IMG/VR virus record: IMGVR_UViG_3300049215_000771
Span: 124,001 to 188,000 of that record
Reading direction: 5' to 3' (one strand)
DNA: 64,000 nucleotides
The notes under the pieces were generated by a model. It saw only the letters and a program-made list of their open reading frames with translations, did not search any database and was not told where the DNA came from. The position numbers and the translations under genes are program-made. Below are positions 44,218 through 53,361 of this stretch, piece by piece. The stretch's first letter is position 1. Every line of letters begins with the position of its first letter.

Positions 44218-44828
44218 GGCGCACGATGATCGTCACACTTGTCCGCATCAAAGATAACTTCTCCCCTTATGGGGGCCAGAAATATGGCAAATCCCCTGTG
44301 GGCGAGGTTGGCTATTTGATTGATGGGTTTGGGCGATTGTCGGGCCATCTGATGAGTCAGAATGGTGAAGTCGCCATCGAAACCTTCAAGTTGGATGGCG
44401 CTATCGGCGCAACCTACTACCACGTTCCCGCAACCTGCATCGAGATCGTGCAAGACCGGGACTGGTACAGTGCATTCGAGCGATATTATGACAAGCATCC
44501 CTACATCGAGATCAACTGTGAGTTTGTGGTCAACGATCCGATGTTTGGCGTGTGGTTGCATGTCGGCAAGCCAGGCAGTGGTGGTTGGCTGAACTACAAA
44601 CATCGTCTGCTGGGGTCGGAAGACGTGAAAGACCCCAACGATCTCGTCAAGTATTGGGAGACAGTGTGCAATCGCTTCGGCGGCACCCTGTTGTTGGTTG
44701 ATCCCTACGTTCAGGCGTTGTGTCTGGACTTTGACGAAGGCGACAAGAAGTTCACTCATTACCATACCATGTGGGCCAAAAATGTCCACAAGGCAATGGA
44801 GCAGAATCGTGCCACGAAGCCGCAATGA
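44214..44828 (+). CDS. hypothetical protein
   Basis: ORF in operon. Confidence 0.7.
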   Translation: MRRTMIVTLVRIKDNFSPYGGQKYGKSPVGEVGYLIDGFGRLSGHLMSQNGEVAIETFKLDGAIGATYYHVPATCIEIVQDRDWYSAFERYYDKHPYIEINCEFVVNDPMFGVWLHVGKPGSGGWLNYKHRLLGSEDVKDPNDLVKYWETVCNRFGGTLLLVDPYVQALCLDFDEGDKKFTHYHTMWAKNVHKAMEQNRATKPQ

Positions 44829-44849
44829 CCTGGGCAAACAGAGAACCAT

Positions 44850-45155
44850 ATGAAGGAACCACTGAGCAACATCGGGATGGTGTGTCCTGAACACTCGGCC
44901 AAACCCGATCCGCAATACTTCGAGAAACCCTATTGTTGGTTTTTCGGCAAGAACTGCAAACTGCGGTTCCCCACCGGCCTGCCTGAAGGGAAGCCGCAAT
45001 ATGAAGCCATGTGGGTTTATGTGCAAGGAATCCGGGAGATCGACGGCACAACCTGGTTGGTTGGCGTTTTGAACAACGATCCCATCATCGTGACCGAATA
45101 CAAGGATGGCGATGGTGTGGCATTTGAGCGAAATGAGATTTGTGCTGTATCATGA
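44850..45155 (+). CDS. DUF2314-like protein
   Basis: EAMWVYV...LVGVLNNDP...KDGDGVAFERNEI. Confidence 0.55.
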   Translation: MKEPLSNIGMVCPEHSAKPDPQYFEKPYCWFFGKNCKLRFPTGLPEGKPQYEAMWVYVQGIREIDGTTWLVGVLNNDPIIVTEYKDGDGVAFERNEICAVS

Positions 45156-45916
45156 AACTGACACTCTCGAACATGCTGGGTGAAGAAGGCAAACGTCTGG
45201 ATGCAGCGCTGGCATCCAAGGGCGATAGTCCCGTGTTGCGTGGCCTTGGCACGCCGGAAAACACGCTTCGCTTCATGAAGGCGTGCTTGCGTGGATCGTA
45301 CTTGTTTGGGCGACATCTGGTGCCTTCCTACGTTGCTCACGCATTCACCTGGCTGACCACACAAGGTCCGGTCGATGACAACATGGGGCCAGTGCTTCGC
45401 AAGGTCGTCGAGTTGTGCATTGGAGAACTTTGCACCAACAACATTTACAACAGGGATTGGCAATGCCACGCCCACTGGCACGATCTGTGGGAGGCATATG
45501 TTGAAACTGCTGGGGATGTAGCGTGCAACGAGTTTGCCAAATTCAACAACGATGCCCACGGTTACAGCACCATTTGTGCCATCGAGAACAATCGCAACCT
45601 GTGGAGTCCTGGGTCTGCTCGCTATGCCGGTCAGTTGTTGATTTGTTGTGATGATCCGTTGGCAACATTTATTGTCATGACATGCAATGAAATGTTGACA
45701 ACCATCATCTATCCCGTCGCCCTCAAATATCTTTGCACTGATGCAAAGTTTGACAAGTTCCGTCGCTTCTTGGAAGTTCATGTTCAACTCGATGGCGACG
45801 ACCACGGCTATGCTGCGCTGGAATGGCTGGAGTTGTACCTGCTGAAGAAGCATTTGCCAGAACAGCGTGTACAATCCGCTACCTCGATGGTACGGGCGCT
45901 CTACGAAAGGGACTGA
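45152..45916 (+). CDS. heme-oxygenase-like diiron enzyme (DUF3050-like)
   Basis: FLEVHVQLDGDDHG resembles the ExHxxxDxxxH metal-binding motif of this superfamily. Confidence 0.55.
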   Translation: MKLTLSNMLGEEGKRLDAALASKGDSPVLRGLGTPENTLRFMKACLRGSYLFGRHLVPSYVAHAFTWLTTQGPVDDNMGPVLRKVVELCIGELCTNNIYNRDWQCHAHWHDLWEAYVETAGDVACNEFAKFNNDAHGYSTICAIENNRNLWSPGSARYAGQLLICCDDPLATFIVMTCNEMLTTIIYPVALKYLCTDAKFDKFRRFLEVHVQLDGDDHGYAALEWLELYLLKKHLPEQRVQSATSMVRALYERD

Positions 45917-45917
45917 C

Positions 45918-46568
45918 ATGAAAGCCTGGTTGCTGCCCAACGCCGACGTGAGCTACCTCGACGACATCCTTCTTGACGACAAAGGTTTGCTGAAGGTTTT
46001 GCCACACTCGATCTACACCAAGATCGACCTGGCCCATTTGCAAGCCTGGGCCGGCAAGAAGGGCGTGTATACATTTCCCACCACGGAACTGATCGACTGG
46101 ATTCATCAGCGCATCGCCGGGCGCAAGGCTATCGAAATTTGTGCCGGTATGGGTGTGATCGGTCGTGCCCTCAAAATCATCACCACAGATTCCTACAACC
46201 AGTGTATGCCTGAAATGAAGGCATATTACAAGGCGCTGGGACAGGAATGCACCGACCCGCCCGCTGACGTGTATCAATTCGAGGCCAATGAAGCTGTCAA
46301 TACGCTCAAGCCCAAGGTCGTAGTTGCTTCTTACGCCACACAGAAATACCAGCCTGGTGATGAGGGACCGCCACCCATTGGGTCTTCGGTGTATGGTGTG
46401 GATGAATTGGAGATGTTGCCGAAAATCCAAACCTATATCTTCATCGGCAGCGATATGAGCCACGGCGATAAGCGGATTCTCAAATTCCCACACGAGACAA
46501 TTCGGGAGCCGTGGATCGTCACACGAGGGTTGTACCAGGAGCAAAATTTCATCAAAGTTTGGGGTTGA
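45918..46568 (+). CDS. class I SAM-dependent methyltransferase-like protein
   Basis: FPTTELIDWI...AIEICAGMGVIGRAL glycine-rich motif I. Confidence 0.65.
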   Translation: MKAWLLPNADVSYLDDILLDDKGLLKVLPHSIYTKIDLAHLQAWAGKKGVYTFPTTELIDWIHQRIAGRKAIEICAGMGVIGRALKIITTDSYNQCMPEMKAYYKALGQECTDPPADVYQFEANEAVNTLKPKVVVASYATQKYQPGDEGPPPIGSSVYGVDELEMLPKIQTYIFIGSDMSHGDKRILKFPHETIREPWIVTRGLYQEQNFIKVWG

Positions 46569-46620
46569 TGTCATGGGAGAAATCCCTTACGCTGGGTCAT
46601 CGTCCTTAAAGGAGGAAGGT

Positions 46621-46830
46621 ATGAGAATGAACCCGCTTGCTGAGATCGCCCAACACCTGACCGAGCAAGAATTCGGCACAGGAGTCTACAAAGAAGGTTG
46701 GCATCAAGGCGATGATCCCCTTCTTCCGAGGCGATGGACGACCATTGCCTGTTCCCAATGTGGCAACCAAGTGTACTTCGACAAGGTGATGTACCGCCAC
46801 CGATGTTGTGAGTGTGGGCATGGATTCTGA
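46621..46830 (+). CDS. zinc-ribbon protein
   Basis: CSQC...CCEC; AAGGAGG SD. Confidence 0.65.
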   Translation: MRMNPLAEIAQHLTEQEFGTGVYKEGWHQGDDPLLPRRWTTIACSQCGNQVYFDKVMYRHRCCECGHGF

Positions 46831-46842
46831 TAGGAGAGTGAC

Positions 46843-47523
46843 ATGGGCTGGTGGGGATATGGACTTTTTTCTGGAGACTCGCCCGCTGATTTCATCGGGA
46901 ACACCGAACACTGGTTCCGGCAGCAGATCGAAGAAGCGATGAAGGATGGCTGGAGGTTCGAGGACGTTCCAGCCATCATCTACCTCTACGCCGATTTCTG
47001 CCGGCGCTTTGGCTACCGCAGCAAGGATATGAACAAGTACGTCGAATGGCTCCGGGCCTACGACGCAAGCAAGAATGGCTGGAAAAGCGAGAAAGAACGC
47101 CAGGAAGCCATTGTTCGCCTTGGCAATGAACTCGAACAACTCTTCACCATGAAGGAGAAGGAAGGCTACAGACTCGATCCCAGCGAATACCCACGAGTCA
47201 ACGGCCTGTCTGGTGTCGAGGTTTACCATCTCACCAGGCGGGAGAACGTCACCAACATTCAGAAGGAAGGGTTGTTGCCCAAGAAGTGTTATGCGGGCTG
47301 GGCTGGTGAGAACAAGGAAGGTGTGTTCGTGTCCCGCTCAATGCTGGGTTGTTTGAAGTGGCAGCATCATGTTCTTGGGCACACTTTGATTGGTGAGCCG
47401 GCCATTGTGAAGTTTGCCATCAACGACGAGGATGAAGTCTACCAGGACCAGCGGGTTGACTTCCGTGACGACTTGATTGTTTGTAATCGCATCCGGCCTG
47501 GACGTTGTTGGATTCTGTCATGA
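46843..47523 (+). CDS. DUF4259-like N-domain fused to an ART/Tpt1-like (ADP-ribosyltransferase-fold) domain
   Basis: MGWWGYGLFSGDSPADFI N-terminus; C-half VYHLT...NIQKEGLLP...GVFVS...D...IRP. Confidence 0.55.
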   Translation: MGWWGYGLFSGDSPADFIGNTEHWFRQQIEEAMKDGWRFEDVPAIIYLYADFCRRFGYRSKDMNKYVEWLRAYDASKNGWKSEKERQEAIVRLGNELEQLFTMKEKEGYRLDPSEYPRVNGLSGVEVYHLTRRENVTNIQKEGLLPKKCYAGWAGENKEGVFVSRSMLGCLKWQHHVLGHTLIGEPAIVKFAINDEDEVYQDQRVDFRDDLIVCNRIRPGRCWILS

Positions 47524-47762
47524 ACGAAGAAAAATACTGCGTTTATGCCAAATGGGGTGGGCTGTTTGGACTGTTCTTCCCCTGGGTTCTCATTGGCATC
47601 AGTGATGAAAATGTCGGCTTCGATGCCGGCTATGGCCCCGATGCTTACTACATGGGCTACAAGCTGATGTTGGTGAAGATGGAGATTCCGCTGGTGCGTG
47701 AGTTCTTCTTCGTTCCCAAGAAGGCGAAAGTAATCGGGCCTGTGATTCAGAGGTCGCAATGA
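47520..47762 (+). CDS. hypothetical protein
   Basis: ATGA coupling. Confidence 0.6.
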   Translation: MNEEKYCVYAKWGGLFGLFFPWVLIGISDENVGFDAGYGPDAYYMGYKLMLVKMEIPLVREFFFVPKKAKVIGPVIQRSQ

Positions 47763-48205
47763 TCGAATACGTCCAACAACAGAACGTCCTCGATTCCGAC
47801 TGTGAGGCTATTGTCAACACAGTTAATTGCTACGGCAAGATGGGCAAAGGGCTGGCTTTGTTGTACAAACGCAAGTTCCCTCAGATGTTCCTTGCCTACA
47901 AACGTGCTTGCGACGAAGGCAAGGTAAAAACGGGAACGATGCACTTGTGGAAGAATCCCAATGGCGGTTGGGTCATTAACTTCCCAACGAAAGATCACTG
48001 GCGCAATCCATCACAAATGGAATGGATCGTTCTCGGCCTCCAGAACCTTGTTGAAGTCATCAAGGACAAAGACATCAAATCTATCGCCATTCCACCACTC
48101 GGCTGTGGCCTGGGTGGGCTGGAATGGTACAGGGTGCGTGGCGAGATCAAACGAGTCCACGACCATCATTGGAAAGACATCAGGGTGGTGGTGTACGAGC
48201 CATGA
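47759..48205 (+). CDS. DarG-type macrodomain (ADP-ribose hydrolase)
   Basis: AIVNTVNCYGKMGKGLA...INFPTKDHWR...SIAIPPLGCGLGGLEW. Confidence 0.92.
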   Translation: MIEYVQQQNVLDSDCEAIVNTVNCYGKMGKGLALLYKRKFPQMFLAYKRACDEGKVKTGTMHLWKNPNGGWVINFPTKDHWRNPSQMEWIVLGLQNLVEVIKDKDIKSIAIPPLGCGLGGLEWYRVRGEIKRVHDHHWKDIRVVVYEP

Positions 48206-48591
48206 CTATCGAAGACCTGGCTGCCGAATTTACCCCAATGCCGAAGGGATTTCGGACTATCGGCGACAACGAAGTTGTGGTGAAGGGCGATATGTGTTGT
48301 TTGGTAGGTCAAGGCAATCAATGGACTGTCATCGACTCTCAGGAATGCTTGGGCATGACTGGCGAGGCGGCGAAGAAAAAATGGGCGAATTATATGTTCG
48401 CTACACCACGCCAGTCGCCAATCTTCAACACACGCATTCTGCCTCCCGACAAAATTGAAGAACTCTGCGACCCCTGGCCCGAAGTCCATGAGAGCTACTA
48501 TGGAGTAGAGATTAGCAGGGGCGAGGCGGCTATTCTCTACTACGACGCAGAAAAAAGACAACTGAAAATCGAGATTTTGGTGTCATACTGA
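48202..48591 (+). CDS. hypothetical protein
   Basis: ATGA coupling. Confidence 0.65.
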   Translation: MTIEDLAAEFTPMPKGFRTIGDNEVVVKGDMCCLVGQGNQWTVIDSQECLGMTGEAAKKKWANYMFATPRQSPIFNTRILPPDKIEELCDPWPEVHESYYGVEISRGEAAILYYDAEKRQLKIEILVSY

Positions 48592-48905
48592 TGCTTCCTG
48601 ATTGGGCTAAAGAGTCACTGTTGACAAAGCCAGTCAAGCCTGGGCCAATCCCAACAGTTCTCCCTTCAACCTACAGGTTGTTGGGAAATAACGAAGAAAT
48701 CCAGCCTGGCGATCTTTCGTACTGCTGGAATGAGAAGCACACAGAAACAGCCTGGTATCCCGTTTTCAACGAGATTTATTTTGGTGAAACCGTGGAGGTC
48801 ATGAATCGCTATCGTGGCGTGGTGTTTTTCTTTGCCCGCTACGACCCGTTCAAGATCACGCCTATTTTGAGCAGGCAAGTCATTGAGTCCTTGCTTGACA
48901 AGTGA
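48591..48905 (+). CDS. hypothetical protein
   Basis: TGATG coupling. Confidence 0.65.
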   Translation: MLPDWAKESLLTKPVKPGPIPTVLPSTYRLLGNNEEIQPGDLSYCWNEKHTETAWYPVFNEIYFGETVEVMNRYRGVVFFFARYDPFKITPILSRQVIESLLDK

Positions 48906-48906
48906 C

Positions 48907-48935
48907 TTTACATCCAGACTCACTCGTGGTACTAT
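48907..48935 (+). promoter_or_regulatory. sigma70-type promoter
   Basis: TTTACA-N17-TACTAT with extended TG. Confidence 0.8.
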
Positions 48936-48956
48936 CCAAACCAAGGGGGAATTGAC

Positions 48957-49232
48957 ATGGCTTTTACGAATCTCTTCCGCTGCAAGTGGCTGGGCGATGG
49001 CAGCCGGACCCTGCCTGAAATGGCAGACAAACTGGAAGAAGCTGCCAAACGTCTGCGGGAGATGTCTGAGGCCGGCGTGCGGCTCGACGGCAAGGTGGAG
49101 GACGATTACGCCGAACTCATTTGCGATGATCCCCAGGTCGCCGAAAAGTACGGCCTCAAAGATGCTGAGGAAGACGAGGCCGGTGAGTATGACGAAGAAG
49201 ATTTCGACGACGAAGATGAAGGTTTTCAGTAA
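48957..49232 (+). CDS. small protein with highly acidic tail
   Basis: GGGG SD; tail EEDEAGEYDEEDFDDEDEGFQ. Confidence 0.75.
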   Translation: MAFTNLFRCKWLGDGSRTLPEMADKLEEAAKRLREMSEAGVRLDGKVEDDYAELICDDPQVAEKYGLKDAEEDEAGEYDEEDFDDEDEGFQ

Positions 49233-49233
49233 C

Positions 49234-49482
49234 ATGGCAACAACCAAAGACGACATTCGGGGATGGTTCGAGGCTGGCGTCGAACAAGGTGCTACGCACA
49301 TGCTCGTCGTATGCGACACCTTCAGCTACGAAGATTATCCAGTGTATGTTCGGCCTGACCAGATCATGCAGGTCGTGTACGAAGAACACGATGGACCGAA
49401 CATGCAAAGGGTCATGGAAGTTTACGACCTTCGAGATGACATGGAGAGTCAGTTGAAGGAACGTCGAGCATTCTCGGTGTAA
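49234..49482 (+). CDS. hypothetical phage protein
   Basis: Coupled ORF (GATHMLVVCDTFSYEDYPVYV). Confidence 0.75.
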   Translation: MATTKDDIRGWFEAGVEQGATHMLVVCDTFSYEDYPVYVRPDQIMQVVYEEHDGPNMQRVMEVYDLRDDMESQLKERRAFSV

Positions 49483-49483
49483 C

Positions 49484-49792
49484 ATGGCGTGGTTCTACTA
49501 CGGCGACCAACCTGTTCGCAGATACCGCAAAGGCATATGGCTGCGAATCGCCAGCTTGCCCGAAGCCCTGGCCCAGCAGATCAAGGGCCGGATGAAGGAA
49601 GGCGAGTTGCTGGCCTGGGTGGTAGTGAAGGAACTTCATCCCGCCAACCGGGTGTTGCTTGAAGTTTGGTGCTACCAGGGTGTTTTCGACAAAGACACGA
49701 TGGAACGCTACACGGTGTTTCATGTGTTGGCGGACGAGAATCCCAAATGGGTTTGTGAGAGCGACGTGGGCCGAGGGCTAGTAAAGAAATGA
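49484..49792 (+). CDS. hypothetical protein
   Basis: Coupled ORF. Confidence 0.7.
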   Translation: MAWFYYGDQPVRRYRKGIWLRIASLPEALAQQIKGRMKEGELLAWVVVKELHPANRVLLEVWCYQGVFDKDTMERYTVFHVLADENPKWVCESDVGRGLVKK

Positions 49793-49989
49793 TCTACTGG
49801 CGCTTGGGCGTGTCGAGCAAGAAGCTGTGGGGCTACAACGTCTACTTCAAAACCAACAACCGATTCATCCCGGCGATGGTTGTTGATCTTGCTGTGCGGT
49901 CGGGTGACTTGCTTGATGTATTCGCTGAGGATGTCGATGAAGTAGTCGAAATATCCGAAGAGGAATACTTCAAGCATATGTGGGAGTGA
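49789..49989 (+). CDS. hypothetical protein
   Basis: ATGA coupling. Confidence 0.65.
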   Translation: MIYWRLGVSSKKLWGYNVYFKTNNRFIPAMVVDLAVRSGDLLDVFAEDVDEVVEISEEEYFKHMWE

Positions 49990-50141
49990 TATAATGATTC
50001 AACTGCCGAGGCGAGGCTGAAAGCCACGCTACACGTCGGTCGGCGTGAACGATCTGCTTGACAGACTCGATAAGCTGGGCAAGCAAGCCCAGGGAGAACA
50101 ATGCGAACTGGATCAACCTTTACCCAACCTGGAGAACGAAC

Positions 50142-50327
50142 ATGGACCCGAACAAACCGGGCTGTCTGCCGGGATATTCGTCGAAGGGGGTGTGGAACCT
50201 CCTCGACAAACTGGACCATCGGGTGAACAACCCTCCACCGAAAAACGAGGATGAAGAACAACCTCAAGTGAGCCTGCCTGGTGGGTGTGCCGCCACAAAC
50301 ACCCCGCCACCGGACGAAGTGAAGTAA
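50142..50327 (+). CDS. small hypothetical protein
   Basis: GGAG SD before ATG 50142; overlapping alternative ORF 50045-50254 exists. Confidence 0.45.
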   Translation: MDPNKPGCLPGYSSKGVWNLLDKLDHRVNNPPPKNEDEEQPQVSLPGGCAATNTPPPDEVK

Positions 50328-50402
50328 GGAATGGCCGCAGGCGCTCTCGACGAGCTACCTGCGGCATTCTCGTTGATGGAGAAATTTTCTTGTAGCGATT
50401 CC

Positions 50403-50428
50403 GAACCTTGCCTGGCCTGGACGGTCTT
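50403..50428 (+). promoter_or_regulatory. class-II promoter (GAACC-N16-GTCTT)
   Basis: Ten-copy motif, upstream of the helicase. Confidence 0.75.
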
Positions 50429-50476
50429 CATGGTGGAGATACGGATCACATAGGCTACGAGAGAAGGAAGCGATTC

Positions 50477-52792
50477 ATGGCTACCTCGAACAAGTTTGCT
50501 GGTCGCTGCAACAATCCCGCCTGCCCCCTGGGTAAGAACCGCTACAACGGCGTTGCTGTGGGCGAGGGCTACATCACCAAGATCAACGACAAGTGGGTAA
50601 CGTGGTGCAAGGAGTGTGTCCCCGTCCAGAAGAGCGCCGGCGAAGCCGAGCGCCGTGTCCTGACGGCGGACGGCAAGATTTTCACGCCCTACGAGCCGCA
50701 GAACCTTCCGCTCATCAAGTCCCTGAAGGGGCCGGGCGGCGTTTTCGGCCCCCGCTGGAACAAGGAAGGCAAGTTTTGGGAGATTTCTCTCGAACAGGCC
50801 GACCGCCAGCGCCTCCTCGAAGTCGCCGAGCGCCTCCGCTTGGAAGTCGCCCCGCAGCTTCGTGAGGGCAATCTCGTCACCGAACAGGCGCAGAACGCCA
50901 CCCACGCCGGCTTGTATCCGTTCCAGGTCGTCGGCGTCAACTGGATGGCGAAGCGCAAGAAGGCGCTCCTGGCCGACGAGATGGGTCTTGGCAAGACGAT
51001 CCAAGCGCTCATCAGCATCCCAGCCCACGGCAAGGCGCTGGTGGTCTGCCCGGCCACGCTGAAGCTGAACTGGCGTAACGAGGCGTCCGTCTGGCGTCCC
51101 GACCTGAAGGTTGTCGTCCTGAAGGGCGGCGATTCCTTCCGGTTCCCCCAGGCCGGCGAAATCGTCATCACCAACTACGACATCCTCGCCGACTACCTCG
51201 ACCCCACACCGAAGGTGAAGGGCGCTCGCAAGGCTCCCAAGATCACCTGGGAAGCGCTGAAGGCGTGGCGTGTCAAGCTGAAGGAACAACACCCGGAAGC
51301 TGAAGGCACGACCGTCATCTTCGACGAGGCACACAAGGTCAAGAACTACAAGACCGAGCGTAGCCGCAAGGTCCGGGAACTGTCCCGCCTCAGCAGCAGC
51401 GTTTGGGGTCTGACCGGCACGCCGCTCGACAACGAGCCGAGCGACTTGTACGGCGTCCTGGACAGCCTGGACATGGCGTTCGACGTGTTCACGCCCCGCA
51501 AGGGCCAGTCGTCGTTCCGTCGCTTCCAGGAGTTGTTCGCCGTGTCGGAAGATCGCTGGGGCGCTTGTCGCTACGGCACGCCCGACCCGATGGTTCCCGA
51601 ACTGCTCCGTCGTGTCATGCTCCGTCGCACCCGTGGCGAAGTCATGCCCGACCTGCCGACGAAGACCTACACCAACCTCATTGTTGGTGACATGCCGGAA
51701 CGCATTCGTCAGCAGCTTGACGAGATGTGGGAAAGCGACGGCACGGCGCTGGAAGTCGATGGTTCGCTGCCCCCGTTCGAGCGGTTCAGCGAAATCCGGG
51801 CGGCGCTGGCGAAGTCCAACATCCCGGCGATGTTGGAATACATCGAGGAACAGGAAGAACAGGGCGTCCCGCTCGTCGTGTTCTCCAGCCACCTGGCCCC
51901 GCTGGACGAACTGCTCGGTCGTCCGGGTTGGGCGGTGATTTCTGGCGACACGAAGCTGGAGAAGCGCCAGGAGATCGTCGATGCTTTCCAGGCCGGACAC
52001 CTGAAGGGCATCGCCCTCACCATCCGTGCTGGTGGTGTTGGTTTGACCTTGACCCACGCCTGGAAGGTGCTGTTCGTGGACCTGGATTGGGTTCCGGGTT
52101 GGAACAGCCAGGCCGAGGATCGTGTTTGCCGTATCGGGCAGACTTCCAACAAGGTCGAGATCGTCCGCATGGTGAACGATCACCCGCTCACCCTGCATAT
52201 TCTCAACATCCTGGCCGAGAAGACCCGGCTGATTGAGAACGCCGTCATCAAGACGATGCCGGTCGCTGTCAGCGCTCCCGTCACCCCGTCGAAGGAAACC
52301 GAAACGGAGGAACAGTACCAGGCTCGCATGGCCCGCATCCAGCAGGCCCAGGAGGAACTGGAGAAGGCCAAGGCCGAATCCGATGCTTCCCAGGCCAAGG
52401 CCAAGGCCAAAAGCAAGGTGGACCTGATCCACAGCCGGGAGAAGGGTCGCAACCAGCGCCCGATCCTCCCGCTGACCGACAAGCGGGTTGCCGTGGTTCG
52501 GGAAGCCTTCAAGTTCATGCTGTCCGTTTGTGACGGAGCGCATCAGCGTGACGCCCAGGGTTTCAACAAGCCCGACGCCGTGATCGCCCACTACCTGCTC
52601 ACGGCGGGCCTGGAGACGCCGAAGGAAGTGGAAGCGGCCTACTACATGCTGGTCCGCTACCATCGCCAGTTGAGCAAGAGCTACCCGCTCCTGTTCAACG
52701 GTAGCCCGGAAGATCGGGCAGCCATCATCGCTGAGGCGCAGGCCGGCGAAGATTCGATCTACAGTATGGACCCGGATCGCCATACCATCTAA
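50477..52792 (+). CDS. SNF2/SWI2-family (HARP-like) helicase
   Basis: LLADEMGLGKT, IFDEAH, LTGTP, MLRRT, VVFS, GGVGLTL, QAEDRVCRIGQ. Confidence 0.95.
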   Translation: MATSNKFAGRCNNPACPLGKNRYNGVAVGEGYITKINDKWVTWCKECVPVQKSAGEAERRVLTADGKIFTPYEPQNLPLIKSLKGPGGVFGPRWNKEGKFWEISLEQADRQRLLEVAERLRLEVAPQLREGNLVTEQAQNATHAGLYPFQVVGVNWMAKRKKALLADEMGLGKTIQALISIPAHGKALVVCPATLKLNWRNEASVWRPDLKVVVLKGGDSFRFPQAGEIVITNYDILADYLDPTPKVKGARKAPKITWEALKAWRVKLKEQHPEAEGTTVIFDEAHKVKNYKTERSRKVRELSRLSSSVWGLTGTPLDNEPSDLYGVLDSLDMAFDVFTPRKGQSSFRRFQELFAVSEDRWGACRYGTPDPMVPELLRRVMLRRTRGEVMPDLPTKTYTNLIVGDMPERIRQQLDEMWESDGTALEVDGSLPPFERFSEIRAALAKSNIPAMLEYIEEQEEQGVPLVVFSSHLAPLDELLGRPGWAVISGDTKLEKRQEIVDAFQAGHLKGIALTIRAGGVGLTLTHAWKVLFVDLDWVPGWNSQAEDRVCRIGQTSNKVEIVRMVNDHPLTLHILNILAEKTRLIENAVIKTMPVAVSAPVTPSKETETEEQYQARMARIQQAQEELEKAKAESDASQAKAKAKSKVDLIHSREKGRNQRPILPLTDKRVAVVREAFKFMLSVCDGAHQRDAQGFNKPDAVIAHYLLTAGLETPKEVEAAYYMLVRYHRQLSKSYPLLFNGSPEDRAAIIAEAQAGEDSIYSMDPDRHTI

Positions 52793-52801
52793 TCAACAAC
52801 G

Positions 52802-52827
52802 CCCACCAGGTTCGCCTGGTGGGTTTT
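52802..52827 (+). terminator. intrinsic terminator with UUCG loop
   Basis: CCCACCAGG-TTCG-CCTGGTGGG-TTTT. Confidence 0.9.
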
Positions 52828-52834
52828 ATGCGTA

Positions 52835-52905
52835 CAGGTCGTCCCACCGGGGGATGATGGCGGGAGCCATCCAATTAGCAGAAGGTTCGACTCCTTCCGG
52901 CCTGG
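52835..52905 (+). ncRNA. tRNA-like element lacking a canonical anticodon arm
   Basis: Acceptor CAGGTCG/CGGCCTG (7 bp), T-arm GAAGG-TTCGACT-CCTTC; no 7-nt anticodon loop on a 5-bp stem, no CCA. Confidence 0.55.
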
Positions 52906-52932
52906 CTGGACAACATTCAACAGGAGAACAAC

Positions 52933-53361
52933 ATGGCTGGGAAAGTTACCATCAATGGCCACACCTACAAAATCGGCCCGAACGATGTCGTGTTCGTCAT
53001 CGGCAAGAAGGTGCATTTCAACTACCAGGTTGTCGATGAAGGTCAACAGAACATTCCCGAAGTGAAGGTTGAAGGCGATGTTCTCGACCTTCACAGTGTC
53101 GGTGCTGTCAGCGTCACCGGCAACGTCCAAGGCAGCGTGGACACCACTGGCGCTGTCAAGTGTGGCAACGTCGGCAAGGATGTCAACACCAACGGCAAGG
53201 TCGAGTGTGGCACGGTCGGCGGCAACGTCGATACCAACGGCAGTGTCGAGGTTAGCGGTGACTGTGGCAAGATCAACACGATGGGCAGCGTCACCGTCAA
53301 GGGTAACTGCAAGGGCAGCATCGACACGATGGGCAGCGTCAAGGTGGGGAGCAGGGGATGA
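52933..53361 (+). CDS. beta-solenoid repeat protein (bactofilin/polymer-forming-like)
   Basis: Repeated G-x-V-x-T-x-G-x-V-x-x units over the C-terminal 100 aa; AGGAG SD. Confidence 0.7.
   Translation: MAGKVTINGHTYKIGPNDVVFVIGKKVHFNYQVVDEGQQNIPEVKVEGDVLDLHSVGAVSVTGNVQGSVDTTGAVKCGNVGKDVNTNGKVECGTVGGNVDTNGSVEVSGDCGKINTMGSVTVKGNCKGSIDTMGSVKVGSRG

Noticed and set aside
50329-50369. Hairpin GAATG-GCCGCAGG...CCTGCGGC-ATTC upstream of the helicase promoter
   Set aside because: Most simply a terminator or stabilising hairpin; no wider structure supports a separate RNA
50264-52783. 839-aa minus-strand ORF
   Set aside because: Antisense shadow of the SNF2 helicase; the translation has no protein-like motifs
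52835-52905. tRNA-Sec or suppressor tRNA serving the nearby UGA
   Set aside because: No TCA or CTA anticodon loop and no long variable arm or 8-bp acceptor stem
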